DNA of 64,000 bases from Candidatus Caldarchaeales archaeon (lineage in GTDB: Archaea; Thermoproteota; Nitrososphaeria_A; Caldarchaeales; Calditenuaceae): the NCBI GenBank assembly GCA_039630085.1, contig JBCNVM010000002.1, positions 1 to 64,000 on the forward strand, given 5' to 3'. Each line of letters begins with the position of its first letter. Position 1 is the stretch's first letter. The position numbers and the translations under genes are program-made. Below are positions 18,784 through 28,178 of this stretch, piece after piece. The notes beneath the pieces are model-generated. The model had not been told where the DNA came from, made no database searches, and saw nothing but the letters and a program-made list of their open reading frames with translations.

Positions 18784-20124
18784 TCACTTGGGCTTCGCGG
18801 CGACCTGTCCCGTGTGCCTGTAGAAGTGGAGCATCAGGCCGAGCAGTATCATCGCCATCCCCATGTTGAACATCGAGATGTTCGGGAGGTTTAGGGCGTA
18901 AGTCATTAGGGCCAAGTACCCGAAGACGACCGTGAGTGCCATTGTGATCCCTACCGCGGCCAGCCCCGCGGCGGGCGAGAGGACGACCGGCCTCGCGGGC
19001 TCCGGCCTGCCCTTGGGCTTAACCAGATACCTGTAGGTGACGAAGAAGCTGACCATCGTCATTACGCCGAAGGAGCCGTAGTAGATGACCGGCTCGATGT
19101 AAAGCTGGTCGAAGACCGTCCTCTGGGAGAAGTCGACGTAGAAGCCCCAGACCGTGGTCACTATGACCATCACGATGCTCGCGATCCCCATCGCGGTGAA
19201 GAAGGGCCTGTCCCGCCAAGAGAGCCTCTTGGACTTGTCGACGAAAGGAACAATCAGGAAGAAGATCACGAAGAGGAGCGGGAGGAACGCTCCGGCCCAG
19301 AACCTCTCGGAGCCGGTCCTGAGGAACGCGTAGATCGACGTGAGGTACCACTCGGGGACCTCGACGAGCCCCTTCGACGGATCGAACCTGATCCCTATCT
19401 CCGCGGGGAACATGCCCGCGACCACGAAGATCGCACCGATCACCCCGAGGATCATCGGGAGGTCTATGATCAGGGCCCTGGGGACGTGGACCGCGAGAAG
19501 CAGCATCATTAGGAGCGGGATGATGAAGACGTGGAGGGCGTAGAACCTCACGATCAGGTCGAAGTACCCGCCTCCCATGAGTATCGGAGCGATCGAGGGC
19601 CCGAGGACGGGAGCGGAGAAGGTGAGGCCCATACCGATGTTGATCGCCAGCATCGCTCTCTGGTTCAGGATCAGGTTGTACCCGGTGTAGGCCTCTAGGA
19701 CCGTCAATATCCCCAGGATTATCCCGGTGACCCATAGGACCTCGTTCTTGATCTTGTACCTCCCGGAGAAGTACTGGTAGTAAAGGTGGAAGACCGCGAG
19801 GAGGACCATGAAGTTGGAGGCGTGGTAGTGGATCTGCCTCATCACGAACCCGAAGGGCACGCTCTCCTGGATGTCCCTGACGCTCGCGAAGGCCAGGTCG
19901 ACCGAGGGCGTGTAGTAGAACATCAGAATCGCTCCGGAGATCCCGAGGACCAGGAAGACAATCGTCGTCAGGGTCCCGAGGTATCCGAAGGGGCTGATGT
20001 ACTGCTTGGGGAAGGTGAACTTGAACGCGGCGAAGGGCGTCCTCTCGAGCCTGTCGACGGTCCACTTGATCAGCGCGTCAACGGCCTCCCGGAGAGTCTT
20101 ATACCGGGGTGAGCTCAAGCTCAC
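18784..20124 (-). CDS. Cytochrome b of a Rieske/cyt b complex, fused subunit IV and extra C-terminal TMs
   Basis: Heme His in QIHYHASNFM..FHL and ALHVFIIP..VHV; PEWY motif. Confidence 0.9.
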   Translation of the reverse strand: MSLSSPRYKTLREAVDALIKWTVDRLERTPFAAFKFTFPKQYISPFGYLGTLTTIVFLVLGISGAILMFYYTPSVDLAFASVRDIQESVPFGFVMRQIHYHASNFMVLLAVFHLYYQYFSGRYKIKNEVLWVTGIILGILTVLEAYTGYNLILNQRAMLAINIGMGLTFSAPVLGPSIAPILMGGGYFDLIVRFYALHVFIIPLLMMLLLAVHVPRALIIDLPMILGVIGAIFVVAGMFPAEIGIRFDPSKGLVEVPEWYLTSIYAFLRTGSERFWAGAFLPLLFVIFFLIVPFVDKSKRLSWRDRPFFTAMGIASIVMVIVTTVWGFYVDFSQRTVFDQLYIEPVIYYGSFGVMTMVSFFVTYRYLVKPKGRPEPARPVVLSPAAGLAAVGITMALTVVFGYLALMTYALNLPNISMFNMGMAMILLGLMLHFYRHTGQVAAKPK

Positions 20125-20675
20125 ACCCCCTTGACGTTCTCGTCCGGCCTCTTAACCCTCCACTCTCTACCTAAGCCTATTCTCCCGTCTATGACGCCGG
20201 TCGCGAAGATGTCGCCCCTCTCGTCGACCTCGATAACCATCATCGGGAGCGCGTTCGTCGGGTAGGGCTGGAACGCCGCGGGGCCCGCAACCGCGACGCC
20301 GTCCTCCTCCCTGTAGATGCTGCCGTGGCACGGGCACATCATCTCGCCCTGCTCCGGGACGTAGATCGGGAGGCACCAGAGGTGGACGCAGACCCTGCTG
20401 TAGGCCCTGAGCTTGCCGTCGCGGGTCATGACGAGCATCCACTGCCTGAACGGGTCGTTGTCGATCTTCGGGTCACCGGTCTTGGGGTAGGAGAAGAAGA
20501 CCGCCGAGCCCGGCTTGAGCTCGTTAATGTTCGCGATCCTCTGCCTGGGGTTCGCGGCGATCTCCTCCCTGTAGAAGAACCTGATCAGGTTCGTGAACGG
20601 TGCTATCACGGCCGCCACGGCGACGGTGAGCATCGCCCTGAGGGCCCTCCTGCGAGAAGAGCCGGAGTCCGGCAT
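20121..20675 (-). CDS. Rieske 2Fe-2S protein
   Basis: Tat-like SRRRALR followed by a TM; CVHLWC and CPCHGSIY. Confidence 0.93.
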   Translation of the reverse strand: MPDSGSSRRRALRAMLTVAVAAVIAPFTNLIRFFYREEIAANPRQRIANINELKPGSAVFFSYPKTGDPKIDNDPFRQWMLVMTRDGKLRAYSRVCVHLWCLPIYVPEQGEMMCPCHGSIYREEDGVAVAGPAAFQPYPTNALPMMVIEVDERGDIFATGVIDGRIGLGREWRVKRPDENVKGV

Positions 20676-20742
20676 TCCGGCTGTTGAGGTATTTTCCGGT
20701 AACTAATTAAGATCAAGTGAGACCCTGGCCGGCGGGTGAGCC

Positions 20743-21783
20743 TCACCGGAGGACCTCTATCCTGCCCCGGAGCCTCTCGTGGACCTCCCTGCTGCGACCG
20801 TCCAGCCGGACCTCCCTCTCGACGACCGGAAGCTCCCTTCGGTGCCCGAAGACCTCGGTCGAGAGGTACCTGTCGCCGGAGTCGCAGATCACCGTCGCGA
20901 TCATCCGAAGGTCCGGCTTAGACTTCGCGAGCTTGATGGCGGCGGCGACGTTGGCGCCCGAAGATATCCCGCAGAAGATCCCCTCCTCCCTGACGAGCCT
21001 CGCGGCCATCCCGATCGCCTCCTCCGAGCTGACCAGCACCACGCCGGAGATCAGGTCCGGGTCGAAGTTCTTCGGGACGAACCCGTCCCCGACGCCCTCG
21101 ATCTTGTGCCTGCCCCACCTTCCCTCCGCGATCACCGCGCACTCGGAGGGCTCGACCGCGTAGACCCTGACCCTGCCGTCCCTCTCCTTCAGATACCTCC
21201 CGACCCCGGAGATCAGGCCCCCTGACCCATAGGCCACGACGAAGGCGTCCAGCCTCTTCCCGGCCTGCTCCCAGACCTCCGGCCCGGTGGTCCTGTAGTG
21301 GGCTCTGGGGTTGTTCGGGTTCTCGAACTGGTTCGGGAACCAATAACGGCCGGGCTCCTCCGCGACCATCCTCCTCGCCCTCTCGAGGGAGATGTCGACG
21401 TCGCTCTCGCCGCCCGGCGTGAGCAAGACCTCGCCGCCGTACGCCCTTATCAGCTCCCGCCTCTCGACGCTGACGCCCTCCGGCATCACTACCTTCACCC
21501 TGAAGCCCATCACGGTCCCCACGAAGCTGCAGGCGATCCCCGCGTTCCCGGTCGAGACCTCGACGATCTCCATCCCCTCCCTGAGCTCGCCCGACTCGAC
21601 GGCCCTCGAGATCATCTCCCTGTAGATCCTGTCCTTCAGCGATCCCGAGGGGTTAAGGTTCTCGAGCTTGACCAAGATGTCGACGTCCTCGCCTACTCCC
21701 TCCGACTTAGGGATCCTTCTGAGCCTCACCATGGGCGTGTTGCCCACCGCGTCCAAGATCGAGCCGGTGGACCTAGTCGTCAC
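20743..21783 (-). CDS. cysK: Cysteine synthase family PLP enzyme
   Basis: VGNTPMV, KLENLNPSGSLKDR, STGNAG, NQFENPNN..AH..TTGPE, GISSGAN, DSGDRYLST. Confidence 0.88.
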   Translation of the reverse strand: MTTRSTGSILDAVGNTPMVRLRRIPKSEGVGEDVDILVKLENLNPSGSLKDRIYREMISRAVESGELREGMEIVEVSTGNAGIACSFVGTVMGFRVKVVMPEGVSVERRELIRAYGGEVLLTPGGESDVDISLERARRMVAEEPGRYWFPNQFENPNNPRAHYRTTGPEVWEQAGKRLDAFVVAYGSGGLISGVGRYLKERDGRVRVYAVEPSECAVIAEGRWGRHKIEGVGDGFVPKNFDPDLISGVVLVSSEEAIGMAARLVREEGIFCGISSGANVAAAIKLAKSKPDLRMIATVICDSGDRYLSTEVFGHRRELPVVEREVRLDGRSREVHERLRGRIEVLR

Positions 21784-21856
21784 GCGTCACGATCCTCAGC
21801 GCCGTATGTAAAGGTGAACGCGACCGGTCGGCGGTTGTGCGACGAAACGGGCCGGG

Positions 21857-22519
21857 TCACCTCATCAGCTGCCCCTCTATGCTCTCGAGGAGCACCCTCT
21901 CGGTCTCGAGGAGCTTCGTGGGCGGTATGCCGGGAACGCCGCAGAGCACGACCAGCGCGTCCGCCGTCGACGTGTCGGTCTTCGTCCGCTCCGAGTCCCT
22001 GTACGGGTAGACCGAGACGACGCCGAGCCCGTCCCTCATCACGACCTCCTTCCCGGTCAGCCTCTCCGGCTTCGAGTATCCTATCCCGAGGAACTCCTCG
22101 CCCTCCCTCGACCAGGTCAACGAGAGCCTCCCCGAAAGCTTCCCGAGGTCGAAGACCGAGAACGTTATCCCCGTGAGGGCCGAGACTAGGTTGCAGACGT
22201 CGACGAGCGGGTTGATCCTTGGGATCGGCCTGTTCTGGAGTATCCTCCTGACGAGGGCCTCGGAGGAGGGCCTGACCTTCGTCGGGTCTATCCCGATCCG
22301 CCAGTAGAAGTCCCTGTAGGCCCTGAAGACGGGGTCCGACTTCACGGACTCGAGCGTGTGCCTCGTCCTCACCTCCTCGTAGACCCTCGACTCGAACTCC
22401 GCTGAGACTTCGGGCCTAGAGCCGACGTCGACGCCCCTCAGCGCGACCGCCCTCACCGGTATCTGGAGCCTCGACCTGAGACCGTCGTCGACGAGGACCT
22501 CATACTCCTCCCGGAGCAA
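21857..22519 (-). CDS. Stand-alone B3/4 domain protein (PheRS beta editing-like)
   Basis: AYRDFYWRIGIDPTKVRPSSEALVRR, INPLVD.CN.VS, YPYRDS.RT. Start estimated at TTG. Confidence 0.85.
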   Translation of the reverse strand: MLREEYEVLVDDGLRSRLQIPVRAVALRGVDVGSRPEVSAEFESRVYEEVRTRHTLESVKSDPVFRAYRDFYWRIGIDPTKVRPSSEALVRRILQNRPIPRINPLVDVCNLVSALTGITFSVFDLGKLSGRLSLTWSREGEEFLGIGYSKPERLTGKEVVMRDGLGVVSVYPYRDSERTKTDTSTADALVVLCGVPGIPPTKLLETERVLLESIEGQLMR

Positions 22520-23045
22520 CCTCCTCGACCCCCTTGACCAGCCCTTCGAGGAGCTCCTCGTTGAAGGCGACGAAGTTGACGACCCTGATCCTTCCACCCG
22601 AGGACGCGTGGTCGAGGACCGCCCTGCACATCGCCCTCCCTGCGACCTTCGGGTCGAGGCCTCCGACGCCGGTGCCCATCCCGGGGAAGGAGACCGAGGT
22701 CGCTCCTGCAGCCTCAGCTGCCCTCAGGGCCGCGAGGGTAGCCGCGTAGACCTTCCGCTCGTCGGTCTCGCCCGCAGGCCGCTCCATCGTCGGCGCGTGG
22801 ACTACCATCCTGCACCTGAGCCTCCCCGGCGAGGTGACGACCGCTCCTCCGACGGGGACCGGCGCCTTCCTCCTCGCCTCTTCCTCGATCTCCGGGCCTC
22901 CGGCCCTCTTCACGGCCCCAGCCACGCCTCCACCCATCAGCATGAGCGAGTTCGCGGGGACGACGATCGCGTCGGACTGCTCCTTCGTGATGTCTCCGAC
23001 GTAGACCCTGAGGGTCACTCCTCCCGGCAGCTCGAGCTGCCTCAT
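22500..23045 (-). CDS. Macro domain protein (ADP-ribose binding/hydrolase)
   Basis: GDIT....DAIV.PANS...MGGGVAGA, VHAPTM, FPGMGTGVGG. Confidence 0.92.
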   Translation of the reverse strand: MRQLELPGGVTLRVYVGDITKEQSDAIVVPANSLMLMGGGVAGAVKRAGGPEIEEEARRKAPVPVGGAVVTSPGRLRCRMVVHAPTMERPAGETDERKVYAATLAALRAAEAAGATSVSFPGMGTGVGGLDPKVAGRAMCRAVLDHASSGGRIRVVNFVAFNEELLEGLVKGVEEVAPGGV

Positions 23046-23063
23046 CGGCCCGGACCTTCAGGC

Positions 23064-23240
23064 TCAGAAGCCGCGCCTTCCGGCCGAGCCCCTCTCCTCG
23101 ACCTGGGCGTTGACGATCCTCTTGAGGTAGTTCAGCCTATTCCTGATCCTCGGCGGCGGGAAGTCCTTCGGCTTGGGCTCGATCTTCGGCGTCGCGCTCC
23201 TGACCTTCCCGGCCTTCGTGACCGAACCGTGAGAGGGCAT
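23064..23240 (-). CDS. rps30e: 30S ribosomal protein S30e (58 aa, absent from the ORF track)
   Basis: Manual translation MPSHGSVTKAGKVRSATPKIEPKPKDFPPPRIRNRLNYLKRIVNAQVEERGSAGRRGF matches the HGS..KAGKVR..TPK signature. Confidence 0.95.
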   Translation of the reverse strand: MPSHGSVTKAGKVRSATPKIEPKPKDFPPPRIRNRLNYLKRIVNAQVEERGSAGRRGF

Positions 23241-23334
23241 GCCGCGATCCGATTTCGGCCCCGATCATATAAGCTTAGCTGGAGGAGCGAGCGGTGGTTC
23301 GGTCAGAGGGCCCTGGGGAGAACCGAGAGCCTAG

Positions 23335-23703
23335 TCACTCGGGCGCGATGAGCACCCTCGATCCGGGCCTGACCCTCTCGAGGGGCGAAGGGTCGTCGAC
23401 GAGGACGCCTATCCTGACCGAGTGCGCAGGGGGCTGGGCCTTCCTGAAGACGAAGACGATCGAGCCGTTGGTAGCCCAGTAGAGGACATCGCCCGGTGAC
23501 GTCGAGTAGATCTCCTTCTCGGCCCCCCTCCTGAGATCGACCGGGACGTAGACCGCGAAGTCCCACTTGGCCGCGGGTCCGCTGAGCGGGAGCCTCCTGA
23601 CGACCTCGTCGTAGGTCATGGGGGCCATGAACCTCTTCAGCTCGGCCCTGAGGACGCCCACGCCCTCTAACTCGACCCTCACGCGCTTCGCCTGAGAGCT
23701 CAA
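23335..23703 (-). CDS. Cyclophilin-like fold protein
   Basis: AP.T...V.R.LP, PGDVLYW..NGSIVF pattern, 122 aa. Confidence 0.7.
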   Translation of the reverse strand: MSSQAKRVRVELEGVGVLRAELKRFMAPMTYDEVVRRLPLSGPAAKWDFAVYVPVDLRRGAEKEIYSTSPGDVLYWATNGSIVFVFRKAQPPAHSVRIGVLVDDPSPLERVRPGSRVLIAPE

Positions 23704-23788
23704 CCGCTGCTGAGTCCCCCGACCCCGGAATTATGGTTATTCCCGGCGGCTCGGAGACCGGAGACCCGGGGATGACGGGACGCGTCCC

Positions 23789-24415
23789 TCAGTAGGGATA
23801 GAACCTGTCGCGCTTCGGAATCGCGAACCTCGGCATCCTCTCCTCGTGCCTCCTGATCGCCTCCTCGTATTTGTCCAAGGTCAGCTGGACGTCGTCGAGG
23901 CCCTTCACGAGCCTCTCTCTCACGTGGGGCTCCATCTCGAACCTGTACGTCCTGCCGCTCGAGGACTCGACGATCCCGTTGACGACGTCGACCCTGAGCG
24001 CCAGCCCTCCGGACCTCGCGGCCTCCCTCAGCTCGAGGACCTCCCGCTCCGACAGCCTGACGCAGACCAGCCCGTTCTTCGAGGCGTTGCCGTAGAAGAT
24101 GTCGCCGAACGAGGCCGCGATCACGCACCTTATCCCGAAGTCGAGGAGCGCCCAGACCGCGTTCTCCCTGCTCGAGCCTATCCCGAAGTTCCTCCCCGCG
24201 ACGAGGACCTTCGCGTCCCTGAACTCGGGCCTGTCGAGGACGAACTTGCCAGTCAGCTGGCCCCCTTCGTACCTCCACCTGTAGAAGAGGTACTTCCCGA
24301 GGCCCTTCCTCTGCAGGACCTTCAGGAACTCGGCGGGGATGATCTGGTCGGTGTCGACGTCGTCGGCGTCCAGCGGAGCGGCCTTCCCCTCAACCATTAC
24401 GACCGGTTCGGGCAC
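23789..24415 (-). CDS. leuD: 3-isopropylmalate dehydratase small subunit
   Basis: DVDTDQIIPAEFL, NFGIGSSRENA.WAL, SFGDIFYGN..KNG, GLDD. Confidence 0.93.
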   Translation of the reverse strand: MPEPVVMVEGKAAPLDADDVDTDQIIPAEFLKVLQRKGLGKYLFYRWRYEGGQLTGKFVLDRPEFRDAKVLVAGRNFGIGSSRENAVWALLDFGIRCVIAASFGDIFYGNASKNGLVCVRLSEREVLELREAARSGGLALRVDVVNGIVESSSGRTYRFEMEPHVRERLVKGLDDVQLTLDKYEEAIRRHEERMPRFAIPKRDRFYPY

Positions 24416-24458
24416 GGGAACTCCGCGGATCGGCCGGGGATTAACCTATGTGCCAGAA

Positions 24459-26351
24459 TTACCTCGCGAGCCCCTTCTCCCTGAGCTTATCCCTGAGGAC
24501 CCTGCTCAGCACCGCTCCGTCGACCCTCCCCCTGTAGCGCTTCATCAGCTCGCCCATCAGGGGCCCGAACGGGTCCTTGCCCGAGAACTTCGGCGCGAGC
24601 TCCTCCACCAGCCTCTCAACCTCCCTCTCGACCTCGTCCATCCCGGGGGCAAGGAGGCCGAGGCTCCTGACGGCGTCCAGCGGCGACGCGTCCGGGTTTC
24701 CGGCCAAGAACGCGATCACCTCCCTCGCGGACTCCTTCGCGGTCCTCCCCTCTGCAATCAGCTCGAGGTATCCGCGGAGCCTCCGGACGTCGACGGCGTC
24801 CACGTTCACCCCCGACCTCCTCAGGTCCTTCATCGTCTCTGTGAGGAGCGACGCGACGAAGCTCGGCTGGACCCCGCTCGTCACGAGGTAGCCGAAGTCC
24901 TCGAGGGCCTCGGAGTCGATCAGCTCCCATGCCAGCTGGGTCGAGAGCCCGTACCTCGAGGCGAGCTCAGCGGCGACCTGTTCGAGCGTCGGGGGCAGGT
25001 TCCTCTCGATCTCCTCCAGCATCGCGCGGGTCACCCTCGTCGGGGGCACGTCGGTCTCCGGGTACATCCTCGCGGCCCCGGGCCTCGGCCTGAGGTAGAC
25101 CGTGACGCCTCCAGCCTTCGCCCCCCTAGTCTCGCTCGGAGCTCCGTCCAGAGCGGCCGCGGCCCTCTCCAGCACCGCCTCGAGTGCCCCCCTGCTCCTC
25201 GCCTCGGGCCCCACCGCGAGCGCGAAACCGTCCATCTCGCCAGCGCCGAGGGCGGACCTGACCGCGGAGACCTCCTCTTGTGAGATGCCGTACCCCGGGA
25301 GCTCGTCCGAGTGGAGTATCCCCTCGATGCCAGTCCAGGCCTTCGCGTAGTCCGAGAGCTCCCTCCCGAGCCTCACCTCTCCGCCTCCCATGAGGCCCCC
25401 GAAGCCCGGCAGCCTGACCGCCATCGCCCTCCCGCCCCTCGAGAGCCAGGAGGAGACGAGCCTGCTCCTCGACGAACCGAGCAGCTCCGTGACATCGATG
25501 ACGCGCTGGTTGATCACGTCCTCCGGCCTGACGCCCCTCGCCCTGAGCTCCGACGCGACCCTCTGGAGGTGGAGCATCCTCCTGACCTCGTGCTCGACGA
25601 CCCTCGGAAGCTCCTCGAGCTCCTGGACGCCCTTGACCTCGACGAGCCCGCCCCCCGCGATCGAGACGTTCAGGTCCTGCCTCACGGTCCCTATCCCCCT
25701 CTTCACGCCCTTCGTAGCCCTGAGGAGCCTCCCGATGACCAGCGCGGCCCTGTGGACCTCCTCGGGGGTCTCGAGGACCGGCGCCGTCGAGACCTCGATC
25801 AGAGGCACCCCGAGCCTCGAGAGGTCGTAGACGACCGAGTCCTCCCTCGCTTCGACGATCCTCGCGGCGTCCTCCTCCAGCGTTATCGTCTGTATCGGGA
25901 CCTCCTTCTCTCCGGCCCTCACCGAGCCGCCCGTCGCGATCACGCAGGTCCTCTGGAACCCGGTCGTGTTGGAACCGTCGATCACGATCTTCCTCATCAC
26001 GTGGACCTCGTCGACCGGCCTCGCTCCGACCATCCTCGCGAAGGTCAGGGCGATCTTCAGGGCCTCGGGGTTCAGGCCGTGGGGCGGCTCCTCGTCCATC
26101 TCGACGAGGCAGACGCTCCCCAGGTCCGCCCTGTAGACGATAGTCCTGGCGCGGCGGGCCTCGAACCGCGCCGCGGGGTCGACCTCGCCGAGCTCGCTCT
26201 GGGCCTCCCTCAGCCTCCTGACGAACTCGACCCTCTCGCCGTTCCCGACGGGTTCGGTAGGGCAGCCGCAGAAGAGCTTCGCTCTGGTGTTCAGCTGCCT
26301 GTGGACCTCGAGCCCCACCCTGAGGCCTATCTCCCGGTAGTCGAGGCTCAG
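24459..26351 (-). CDS. gatE: Glu-tRNA(Gln) amidotransferase subunit E
   Basis: DYREIGLRVGLEVHRQL..KLFC, DEEPPH, RKIVIDGSNTTGFQRT, RPRPGAARMYPETD. Start placed at CTG 26351; the ORF track starts at GTG 26318. Confidence 0.95.
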   Translation of the reverse strand: MSLDYREIGLRVGLEVHRQLNTRAKLFCGCPTEPVGNGERVEFVRRLREAQSELGEVDPAARFEARRARTIVYRADLGSVCLVEMDEEPPHGLNPEALKIALTFARMVGARPVDEVHVMRKIVIDGSNTTGFQRTCVIATGGSVRAGEKEVPIQTITLEEDAARIVEAREDSVVYDLSRLGVPLIEVSTAPVLETPEEVHRAALVIGRLLRATKGVKRGIGTVRQDLNVSIAGGGLVEVKGVQELEELPRVVEHEVRRMLHLQRVASELRARGVRPEDVINQRVIDVTELLGSSRSRLVSSWLSRGGRAMAVRLPGFGGLMGGGEVRLGRELSDYAKAWTGIEGILHSDELPGYGISQEEVSAVRSALGAGEMDGFALAVGPEARSRGALEAVLERAAAALDGAPSETRGAKAGGVTVYLRPRPGAARMYPETDVPPTRVTRAMLEEIERNLPPTLEQVAAELASRYGLSTQLAWELIDSEALEDFGYLVTSGVQPSFVASLLTETMKDLRRSGVNVDAVDVRRLRGYLELIAEGRTAKESAREVIAFLAGNPDASPLDAVRSLGLLAPGMDEVEREVERLVEELAPKFSGKDPFGPLMGELMKRYRGRVDGAVLSRVLRDKLREKGLAR

Positions 26352-27685
26352 GCCACTTCACCCCACTTGGTCCACACGGGCAGGCTCCGCTCTCCGATCT
26401 CGCCCGCGATTGGCGTCAGCATCGCGCTCTTGACATCCTCGGGGTCGCGGGACCTGTGAAGGGCCCAGCAGAGCTTGACGTAGGCCACCTCGGGCAGCAT
26501 GTCGCCTAGCGGCGTGACGCCCGCGGCTAGGAGGTCCCTCCCGTTGTCGTAGACGTTCATGTTCACCCTGCCGAACCTGCACTGGGACCCCATTCCGACG
26601 AAGGCGCCGTTCCCGACGAGCCTCCTTATCGTTGGGATCCAGCTCGAGGCCACGTGCCCTAGCCCTGTCCCCTCGACGACGAAGCCCCTGTAGCCCATCT
26701 CCCAGAGCGCTTCAAGGACCTCAGCCCTCATCCCCGGTAAGAACTTCAACAGCACCGCCCTCTCGTCGAACCCGGGCTCGAAGGAGTAGTCGTCGGGTGA
26801 CCTCGGGTGGAGGCCCTCTGCCTTCACGACCACCTCCCCGTCCCTCACGTAGGCCACCGGCCTCGAGTTGACGCTCCGGAAGGCGTCCCGGCTGCTCGTG
26901 TGGAGCTTCACGACCCTCGTCCCCCTGTGGACCGCGATGACGTCGTCCGAGTGCCACGCGTGCATCGCCACGACGACCTCCGCGAAGGGCGCCCTCCCAG
27001 CTACCAGGAGGGCCGCGAGGAGGTTGGTCGCGGCGTCGCTCGAGGGCCTGTCGCTGCTCCTCTGGGCCCCCACCAGCACGACAGGGACGGGGGGCCTCTG
27101 GAGGGCGAAGCTGAGGGCCGCGGCCGTGTAGGCCATCGTGTCGGTGCCGTGCGCGACGACGACTCCGTTGTAACCCCTCTCGATCCTCTCGTGGACCGCC
27201 CTCGCTATGAGGTCCCACTCCCGCTGGGTCATGTTCTCGCTGTAGACCGAGAGGACGACCTCGCTCTCCACGTTGGCGACCTCCGAGACCTCCCTGACCG
27301 TCGAGACCAAGTCCTCCGTCGTCATCGCGGGCCTCACGGCTCCCGTCCTGTAGTCTACCCTCGACGCGATGGTCCCGCCGGTCCCGATGAGCGCGACCCT
27401 GGGCAGCCCTGGGTTGAGGGGAGGCAGCTCGCCCCTGACGAAGGCCGGGGCCCTGCCCCTCGAGAGCCTCCTGACCGTCGTCCGGTCGTCGACCGCGATC
27501 CCGACATTGTAGCCGCTCCTTAGCTTCAGCGTGACTATCCCCTCCTCCGCGTACTCCGGCCTCGAGATCAGGTACCCGACGTACCTCGTGCCGTCGGCGG
27601 TGACCACCTCCAGCTCGTCGCCGACCTCAGCCCCTAGGGACTCCAGGAGCTCGCCGAGCCTGCCCCTGTAGCCCGATCCGCCCAT
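26348..27685 (-). CDS. gatD: Glu-tRNA(Gln) amidotransferase subunit D
   Basis: KLRSGYNVG, TGGTIASRVDYRTGAV, HGTDTM.YT, GAQRSSDRPSSD, HTSSRDAF. Confidence 0.96.
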   Translation of the reverse strand: MGGSGYRGRLGELLESLGAEVGDELEVVTADGTRYVGYLISRPEYAEEGIVTLKLRSGYNVGIAVDDRTTVRRLSRGRAPAFVRGELPPLNPGLPRVALIGTGGTIASRVDYRTGAVRPAMTTEDLVSTVREVSEVANVESEVVLSVYSENMTQREWDLIARAVHERIERGYNGVVVAHGTDTMAYTAAALSFALQRPPVPVVLVGAQRSSDRPSSDAATNLLAALLVAGRAPFAEVVVAMHAWHSDDVIAVHRGTRVVKLHTSSRDAFRSVNSRPVAYVRDGEVVVKAEGLHPRSPDDYSFEPGFDERAVLLKFLPGMRAEVLEALWEMGYRGFVVEGTGLGHVASSWIPTIRRLVGNGAFVGMGSQCRFGRVNMNVYDNGRDLLAAGVTPLGDMLPEVAYVKLCWALHRSRDPEDVKSAMLTPIAGEIGERSLPVWTKWGEVA

Positions 27686-27748
27686 CCGCCGCGATCCCGG
27701 TCCGAGTATGACTAATAAGTTTCTGACACTGGGTTCTGGTGAGGGCAC

Positions 27749-28165
27749 ATGCCCATCACTGTTCGTGTAAGGGACGTGATGGAGACGGACGTGCCGACGA
27801 TGGAGGCGGACGCGACCGTGATGGAGGCGGTGAAGCGAATGGTCGCCGAGAACGTGTGGTCTTTCCTGGTCACGAAGAAGGGCCTCCCGGTGGGGGTTGT
27901 CACGGAGAGGGACATCCTGAGGAGGTGCATCTCGAAGGGGCACAGCCTCAGCATGAGGCTGGAGGAGATCATGTCCTCGCCGATTATCACGATAGGTCCC
28001 GACGAGCCGATCGGCAAGGCGCTGCAGCTGATGGCGGAGAAGAACGTCAGGAGGCTCTACGTCGTCGAGGGCGGGAAGGTGGTCGGCCGGATCACCCAGA
28101 CCAAGTCCATGGAGTCGCTGCTGAACGTCCTCCTCACGCTGCAGTCGCTGCCGTACCAGCTCTGA
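27749..28165 (+). CDS. CBS-domain pair protein
   Basis: VRDVM, VGVVTERDI, IMSSPIITI.PD, RRLYVV..G.VVG.IT. Confidence 0.9.
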   Translation: MPITVRVRDVMETDVPTMEADATVMEAVKRMVAENVWSFLVTKKGLPVGVVTERDILRRCISKGHSLSMRLEEIMSSPIITIGPDEPIGKALQLMAEKNVRRLYVVEGGKVVGRITQTKSMESLLNVLLTLQSLPYQL

Positions 28166-28178
28166 GCGCCCAGCGCGG

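Noticed and set aside
23704-23788. Possible C/D or K-turn RNA (CTGA...GATGAC)
   Set aside because: The boxes are in the wrong order and spacing; the AT core is better explained as the promoter of the cyclophilin-like gene.
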